Of a DNA stretch of 42,349 nucleotides, positions 38,048 to 42,349 are shown piece after piece (the first letter of the stretch is position 1; each line of letters begins with the position of its first letter). The DNA is taken from IMG/VR virus record IMGVR_UViG_3300029248_000015. One strand, written 5' to 3'. Origin of the DNA: a virus. The notes below the pieces were generated by a model, which saw only the letters and a program-made list of their open reading frames with translations, did no database searches and was not told where the DNA came from. A program made the translations under genes and the position numbers.

Positions 38048-38200
38048 GTGCAAGAAACTAGCACAATGTTTGCAAAATGTGATACAATGGAAGAAAAAGA
38101 ATCGCACGACAAGCTTGTGCATCTTGCCATCAGTGAGATTCTTTCGTTATCCGAAAACCAGCTTCAAGAAGTCATTCGGAGGTTTTATGCTGTATTGTAG
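38048..38200 (+). CDS. Possible small ORF (50 aa)
   Basis: GTG 8 nt after AAGGAGG. VQETSTMFAKCDTMEEKESHDKLVHLAISEILSLSENQLQEVIRRFYAVL. It fits better than the overlapping track ORF 38070..38342. Confidence 0.35.
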   Translation: MQETSTMFAKCDTMEEKESHDKLVHLAISEILSLSENQLQEVIRRFYAVL

Positions 38201-38321
38201 ACTGAACATTTTGAAGCAGGACGAGAAAGGAAACTGGTACAAGCCCAAAAACCAGCATCGAATCCGTCGCTTTTTTGTTGAGGACATCTTTTACCGCTTT
38301 GTCTGGTCGATTGAGTGGTTC

Positions 38322-38645
38322 TTATTTGAAAAGTATTGGTAACACATAATCTGAAATCAAATTCACAAGAACCGGAATCAAAATTAAGGTGACAATACCG
38401 CCGACCACTTTCGTCGGGAGCGAGAACCTGTTCGCTTTTCTATCTCGCAAATACTGCCTGCCGTTTTCCGTGATCCAAACCGCAGACTTGCGATAGCTCA
38501 CCGATGAGGAATCTGCAAGGCCAAGTTCTTCAAGCGTCATAGCGTCCTGGAGCAGTTCTTTTGTCCGTTCAACGCCACCGGGATATTCCCGATCGAGGGC
38601 TTTCAGCAGTTTGAGCTCTTTTCTATTAAGATGTATTATACTCAC
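38322..38645 (-). CDS. Membrane-anchored protein (C-terminal TM) co-transcribed with the CI-like repressor
   Basis: GTGA overlap with the repressor stop. Soluble N-terminal ~75 aa, then VVGGIVTLILIPVLVNLISDYVLPILF. Confidence 0.65.
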   Translation of the reverse strand: MSIIHLNRKELKLLKALDREYPGGVERTKELLQDAMTLEELGLADSSSVSYRKSAVWITENGRQYLRDRKANRFSLPTKVVGGIVTLILIPVLVNLISDYVLPILFK

Positions 38646-39010
38646 TCTGGAAGCTCCTTTTTAACTGCCTGAGCAATCCGAACAATTTTCATAATGTTTT
38701 CGTCGTCCATGCCATCCAGCGCTTCCAGCAGAGCCCGGCGGGCTGGTGACAATTTTTCAAGCTCAATGCCATCTAAGGCGTTGGGCTTTTCTTTTTGACC
38801 TGGCTCTTGGCCCATGAGCTCCTCAATAGAAATTTGCAAAAAATCGGCTACCAACAATAGCTTATCTTTCGGCGGATAACGCTTTCCGTTAGCCCATTTC
38901 CCAACTGTCCCATTAGCGAAGCTCAAGTCTTTTTCCATTTTCGTGATGGAACTATTTCTGCTTTTGCACGATACACGAATAAATTCTACCAACTCCGGCA
39001 AAGAACGCAT
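38642..39010 (-). CDS. CI-like repressor (XRE-family HTH)
   Basis: RBS GGAGGA. ...ITKMEKDLSFANGTVGKWANGKRYPPKDKLLLVADFLQISIEEL. Divergent from the Cro-like gene. Confidence 0.8.
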   Translation of the reverse strand: MRSLPELVEFIRVSCKSRNSSITKMEKDLSFANGTVGKWANGKRYPPKDKLLLVADFLQISIEELMGQEPGQKEKPNALDGIELEKLSPARRALLEALDGMDDENIMKIVRIAQAVKKELPE

Positions 39011-39026
39011 AAAAAATTCCTCCGAT

Positions 39027-39069
39027 AGCCTAATTTTCTATTGACAACTAGAAAATTAGGCTATATAAT
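39027..39069 (+). promoter_or_regulatory. Consensus early promoter TTGACA-17-TATAAT embedded in a perfect 14-bp inverted repeat operator
   Basis: AGCCTAATTTTCTA-TTGACAAC-TAGAAAATTAGGCT-a-TATAAT. A further ATTTTCTAG half-site lies near 39170. Confidence 0.75.
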
Positions 39070-39209
39070 AGAGAACGTAAGGAGCAAACAAAACCAAGGC
39101 CCCTTGCAATAATACATCGGGCTGTCGCTAGAATTGTTTACTTTGTATCTCGCAACTACATAGTAGCATATTTTCTAGTGATTTTCAAGCCCGGAAAGGA
39201 GAATTGCTA

Positions 39210-39416
39210 GTGAATGTATCAAAAATTGACCAGTTTTGCAAGTTGCACGGACTGAGCCGCACCGATCTGGAAGCGGCGGCAGGCCTGAGCAACGGCGCAA
39301 TCGGCAAGTGGGAGCGCTCGATTTACGGCCCCAGCATTTCGCAGCTGCTCAAGGTGGCGCACTATTTCCGGGTGCCGGTAACGGCGCTGATCGTAGACGA
39401 GGAGGCAAAAGTATGA
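39210..39416 (+). CDS. Cro-like HTH regulator (XRE family)
   Basis: GTG at 39210 is 8 nt after AAAGGAG (the track start is TTG 39204). ...LHGLSRTDLEAAAGLSNGAIGKWERS.... Confidence 0.75.
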   Translation: MNVSKIDQFCKLHGLSRTDLEAAAGLSNGAIGKWERSIYGPSISQLLKVAHYFRVPVTALIVDEEAKV

Positions 39417-40228
39417 GCAACCTTATCCCTATCAACTATGACAACCCGGAGCGCCCCACCGTGAGCGGCCGTGAGCTGCACGACTTCTTGGAAGTCGGCG
39501 CAGATTATCGTCACTGGTTCCCCCGTATGTGTGAGTACGGCTTTACTGAGGGCGAAGATTTCAACTCGGTCAAAATTGACCGGGTTCAGAATGAGGGCGG
39601 GCGGATGGTCAGCCGCACAGTTGATGACCACCAGCTCACCATCCCAATGGCCAAAGAGCTGTGCATGATCCAGCGCAACGAGCGTGGCAAGCAGGCCCGG
39701 CAGTATTTCTTGGCCGTGGAGGCGCAGTGGAACAGCCCGGAAGCAGTCATGCGCCGTGCGGTGCTGATCGCCCAGAAGCAGAACGACCAGCTCAAGGCCG
39801 CCAACCGTCAGCTTCTGGCAGAGAACAACGACCTGAAGCCGGATGCAGAGTATGCCCGGGCGGTGTGCGTGGGCAAGAACTGCCGCACCACTACCACCCT
39901 TGCCAAGGATTACGGCCTGAGCGCCGAGAAGCTCAACAGCATTCTCCACGGACTGAAGATCCAGTACAAGACCAGCGACGGCCAGTGGGTGCTATACGCC
40001 AAGTATAGCGGCAAAGGTTACACCAAAAACCGCAAATCCACGCCGTTCCAGCACAAGAGCACCGGCGAGTGGGACACCAAGAACACCACCGTATGGACAG
40101 AAGCTGGACAGCGCTTTATCTATGAGCAGCTCAAGGCCGTGGGAATGTTGCCCAGCGTGGAGCGCAGGCAGAGCGTGGAGCAGATGGAGCTTGCCGCCCG
40201 GCAGCACAGCCAGGACGGCGTGGCGTAA
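39413..40228 (+). CDS. Antirepressor (AntA-type N-terminal domain plus KilAC/ANT C-terminal domain)
   Basis: ATGA overlap with the Cro-like stop. ...VSGRELHDFLEVGADYRHWFPRMCEYGFTEGEDF...IPMAKELCMIQRNERGKQARQYFL is AntA-like. The track ORF start at 39236 runs through the Cro-like gene in another frame. Confidence 0.8.
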   Translation: MSNLIPINYDNPERPTVSGRELHDFLEVGADYRHWFPRMCEYGFTEGEDFNSVKIDRVQNEGGRMVSRTVDDHQLTIPMAKELCMIQRNERGKQARQYFLAVEAQWNSPEAVMRRAVLIAQKQNDQLKAANRQLLAENNDLKPDAEYARAVCVGKNCRTTTTLAKDYGLSAEKLNSILHGLKIQYKTSDGQWVLYAKYSGKGYTKNRKSTPFQHKSTGEWDTKNTTVWTEAGQRFIYEQLKAVGMLPSVERRQSVEQMELAARQHSQDGVA

Positions 40229-40253
40229 GCAATATATTTTGGAGGTTACTATT

Positions 40254-40886
40254 ATGAAAAAACTGCATGTGAAAGCTACGTTTATTGAGCCGGTGCTGGG
40301 CACATGGCCCGCAAACCCCAATGTTGCCCGGGAGTTCATCGCCAGCAAGTCGCCGGATGCTGCAACCATCGAGGATGAAGTGGCGGCTCTTGGCCCCGAT
40401 GCGGTAGCTGACAAGGGCATGACCGTTTTCCCGCGTGACCCGGACGGCAATCCGATCTTTTACGATTACCAGATCAAAGGCATGTTTAAGGATGCTTGCG
40501 GTATGCTTTCCCGCATCGGCGGCAAGACCGAGACTGGCAAGAAGAAGGCCGTGAACGAAAGCGGCAAGCTGACTGCTTACAAGAAGGTCATTGACGGCCT
40601 GATCTTCGTTCAGCCCCGCATGATTCCCATTCACGTGAATGGTGAGATTACCGACTGTCAGCGTCCGCTGCGTGCTCAGACCGCACAGGGCGAGCGCGTG
40701 AGCCTTGTCAACAGTGAGGAGATCCCGGCGGGCAGCACCTGCGAGTTTGACGTGACCCTCCTTGACGACAGCCACGAAAAGGTTGTGCGTGAGTGGCTGG
40801 ATTATGGCATTCTGCGCGGCATCGGCCAGTGGCGCAACAGCGGAAAGGGCCGCTTTACCTACACCGCTTATGAGGTGAATGCCTGA
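40254..40886 (+). CDS. Hypothetical early protein (210 aa) with Gly-rich C-terminal motif GIGQWRNSGKGRF
   Basis: ATG at 40254 after TTGGAGG. I cannot assign a family. Confidence 0.65.
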   Translation: MKKLHVKATFIEPVLGTWPANPNVAREFIASKSPDAATIEDEVAALGPDAVADKGMTVFPRDPDGNPIFYDYQIKGMFKDACGMLSRIGGKTETGKKKAVNESGKLTAYKKVIDGLIFVQPRMIPIHVNGEITDCQRPLRAQTAQGERVSLVNSEEIPAGSTCEFDVTLLDDSHEKVVREWLDYGILRGIGQWRNSGKGRFTYTAYEVNA

Positions 40887-40889
40887 GAG

Positions 40890-41390
40890 CAACGGCATGG
40901 CATTGACGGCCCGGATTCGCAAAGGCAAGGCGAGGTAGAGCGACGTTTTGCGAAGCAAAGGCAAGGCCTGGCTTGGAGAAGCAAGGCGCAGCGACGTTTG
41001 GCAAAGGCTATGAGGTGAACTGCTGTGCAGTGGCAGCGTGTTGCGACCTACCGCATCGCAGCGGCACTGAGAAGCACAGACAGGCAAGGCGAAGGAAAAG
41101 CGAAGCAGAGCATGGAGAGGCTGAGCAAGGCATGGCACGGCACCGAGAAGCAAAGGCACGGTGAAGCAATGCGAGGCGAAGGAATGGCAGAGAAAAGCGC
41201 TGATGTGATTTGCGAAGGAAAAGTGGTGCACCGTAACGATTCGCTGCGGCAAGGCTTTGCTTCGGATGCATTGGCATGGCAGAGAGAAGAAATGCCGTGA
41301 TTTGCGCAGCGATGGCATGGCCAAGAGCGGTCAGGCGTTGCGTTGCGACGGCACAGCAAAGAAAAGACATTTTATTAAACATTTTATTAA
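40890..41390 (+). repeat. ORF-poor, strongly purine-skewed region of degenerate short repeats (GCAAGGC, GCGAAGGAA, ATGGCA, AGCGACGTTT)
   Basis: At least 6 copies of GCAAGGC, 3 of GCGAAGGAA, and 2 of AGCGACGTTT. About three quarters purine on the + strand in the ~117 nt I counted (about 41083-41200). No ORF has an RBS. Confidence 0.6.
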
Positions 41391-41404
41391 AAGGAGAAAC
41401 GAGC

Positions 41405-41647
41405 ATGAAAAAAATTATTGTTGGCGTAGCGTCCGTATTGGCAAGCGCTTTGCTGATGGCCGGATGCAATAAGCAGGTCGTCGATTTGACTTATGAATAC
41501 AACTGGGCGCAGCTGAAAATGCCTGACGGAACGATTGTCGAGGGCAAGGTCGAAAGCTGGTGCGACTATGAAGGCGACCAGCTTCAGGTTGTGATTGACG
41601 GTGTGACCTATCTGGTTCATTCGTCCAATGTTGTGCTGCGACATTGA
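41405..41647 (+). CDS. Small lipoprotein (80 aa)
   Basis: RBS AAAAGGAG. MKKIIVGVASVLASALLMAGCNKQ. Lipobox L-M-A-G-C. Confidence 0.7.
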   Translation: MKKIIVGVASVLASALLMAGCNKQVVDLTYEYNWAQLKMPDGTIVEGKVESWCDYEGDQLQVVIDGVTYLVHSSNVVLRH

Positions 41648-41664
41648 TAGAAAGGAGGACACCC

Positions 41665-42349
41665 ATGAGTGAGAAAATCATCGCCTACAAGGCCATGGAC
41701 AAAAACATGATGTGCCGTGGCAAGCAGTACGAGGTGGGTAAGACCTACCATGAGGACAAGGCCGACCGCTGCCGCGCTGGTATGCACGCCTGCGAGAACC
41801 CGCTGGATGTGCTGCACTACTACCCGTTAAAGGATAGCCCGCGCTTTTTTGAGGTCGAGTGCGGCGGGAACGTGGATAAAAGCGAAGAGGACAGTAAACT
41901 GGCCTGCACTGAGCTGACAGTGAAAGGTGAGGTGAATTTTGCAGGGCTGGTAAAAGCTATGGTGAATGCCGTTTTTAATCGGGCGAAGGGCAAAGAACCT
42001 TTTTCCAGCGGACGTTACAGTACGGCGGGTTCCAGCGGACGTTACAGTACGGCGGGTTCCAGCGGCGATTACAGTACGGCGGGTTCCAGCGGTGATGCCA
42101 GTACGGCGGGTTCCAGCGGACGTTACAGTACGGCGGGTTCCAGCGGACGTTACAGTACGGCGGGTTCCAGCGGTGATGCCAGTACGGCGGGTTCCAGCGG
42201 CGATTACAGCACGGCGGGTTCCAGCGGACGTTACAGTACGGCGGGTTCCAGCGGCGATTACAGCACGGCGGGTTCCAGCGGTGATGCCAGTACGGCGGGT
42301 TCCAGCGGTGATGCCAGTACGGCGGGTTCCAGCGGACGTTACAGTACGG
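41665..42349 (+). CDS. DUF7666-like N-terminal domain fused to a (GSSG[RD][YA]STA)n nonapeptide-repeat array; runs off the window end and continues at nt 1
   Basis: RBS AAAGGAGGA. MSEKIIAYKAMDKNMMCRGKQYEVGKTYHEDKADRCRAGMHACENPLDVLHYYP..., then 13 repeat units. No stop before the window end. Confidence 0.75.
   Translation, partial: MSEKIIAYKAMDKNMMCRGKQYEVGKTYHEDKADRCRAGMHACENPLDVLHYYPLKDSPRFFEVECGGNVDKSEEDSKLACTELTVKGEVNFAGLVKAMVNAVFNRAKGKEPFSSGRYSTAGSSGRYSTAGSSGDYSTAGSSGDASTAGSSGRYSTAGSSGRYSTAGSSGDASTAGSSGDYSTAGSSGRYSTAGSSGDYSTAGSSGDASTAGSSGDASTAGSSGRYST
42004..42349 (+). repeat. Tandem 27-bp coding repeat (about 12.8 units here plus 2 units at nt 1-54); three unit variants (RY, DY, DA)
   Basis: Units TCCAGCGG(A/C/T)(CGT/GAT)(TAC/GCC)AG(T/C)ACGGCGGGT, read directly. 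Confidence 0.9.

Larger units (their letters stand above)
1..42349. mobile_element. Complete temperate siphovirus-type phage / excised prophage genome, apparently circularly closed
   Basis: Full set of modules is present: immunity, recombination/replication, packaging, head, tail, lysis, integrase plus attP. First 25 nt equal last 25 nt. One ORF continues in phase across the junction. Confidence 0.8.

Noticed and set aside
38070-38342. 90-aa + strand track ORF in the low-GC region.
   Set aside because: It has no RBS and a basic, aromatic junk-like composition. The overlapping 50-aa frame starting at GTG 38048 has a perfect AAGGAGG and is the more plausible of the two, though still uncertain.
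39236-39412. The N-terminal extension of the antirepressor ORF suggested by the track (start at 39236).
   Set aside because: The extension overlaps the Cro-like gene in another frame and is Arg/Gly/Ala-rich. An ATG at 39413 with ATGA coupling begins exactly where the AntA-type homology starts.
40131-41324. 397-aa minus-strand ORF spanning the early unknown gene and the purine-rich region.
   Set aside because: It is open only because the + strand is purine-rich, so there are few stop codons on the complement. Its composition is Leu/Ser/Pro/Cys/His-rich, it has no RBS, and it overlaps the supported CDS 40254..40886.
42004-42349. The regular 27-bp repeat array as a CRISPR array.
   Set aside because: The units are directly abutting with no spacers. 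They are in frame within a long ORF that has an RBS and flanking globular domains, and no cas genes are present.

Overview
The window reads as one complete, apparently circularly closed ~42.3-kb genome of a temperate, long-tailed (siphovirus-type) dsDNA phage or excised prophage. The host looks like a fairly high-GC Gram-positive, probably Clostridia-like, judged from recalled family signatures (DnaD, G39P-like, DUF1351/RecT, DUF1492, CD1375/BC1881-like, LL-H holin, GH25). No searches were run.

Nearly all genes are on the + strand and tightly packed, with ATGA/GTGA overlaps and strong Shine-Dalgarno sites. The order, starting from the immunity region, is:
- Immunity: CI-like repressor (-) / Cro-like (+) switch at 38.6-39.4 kb, then an AntA/KilAC antirepressor.
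- Early genes: an unknown protein, a purine-rich repeat region, a lipoprotein, and a nonapeptide-repeat protein that crosses the window junction (41665..42349 continuing into 1..288).
- Small genes, then recombination and replication: DUF1351-like, RecT, SSB, a DnaD-type replisome organiser with internal iterons, and a G39P-like loader.
- DUF551-type small genes, a G9-interrupted C5-methyltransferase, RusA, a DPPY methyltransferase, and a DUF1492-like late regulator.
- A 0.8-kb ORF-free structured region with a tRNA-like element and tRNA-Trp.
- Packaging and head: TerS, TerL, portal, Mu-F-like head morphogenesis protein.
- An inserted XRE/antirepressor island, a gp10-like protein, a lipoprotein and tRNA-Thr.
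- Scaffold, major capsid, connectors, major tail, G/GT chaperone, tape measure, and tail tip and fibre proteins.
- Lysis: GH25 endolysin and holins.
- A cargo cassette, an attP containing a tRNA-Thr 3' fragment, a tyrosine integrase and a second XRE protein (both -), and a low-GC secreted-protein moron.

The most unusual observations are:
- A miniature invertible tail-fibre tip switch. Perfect 43-bp inverted repeats flank two convergent alternative C-terminal cassettes, and no invertase gene is present in the window.
- A homopolymeric G9 tract that splits the C5-methyltransferase.
- An immunity-like switch embedded in the head gene module.
- A phage tRNA-Thr(UGU) combined with an attP that mimics the 3' half of a tRNA-Thr(UGU).
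- An uncharacterised cargo cassette of low-complexity, membrane and Cys-rich proteins next to attP.

All coordinates for RNA and regulatory sites were counted by hand and may be off by 1-2 nt.
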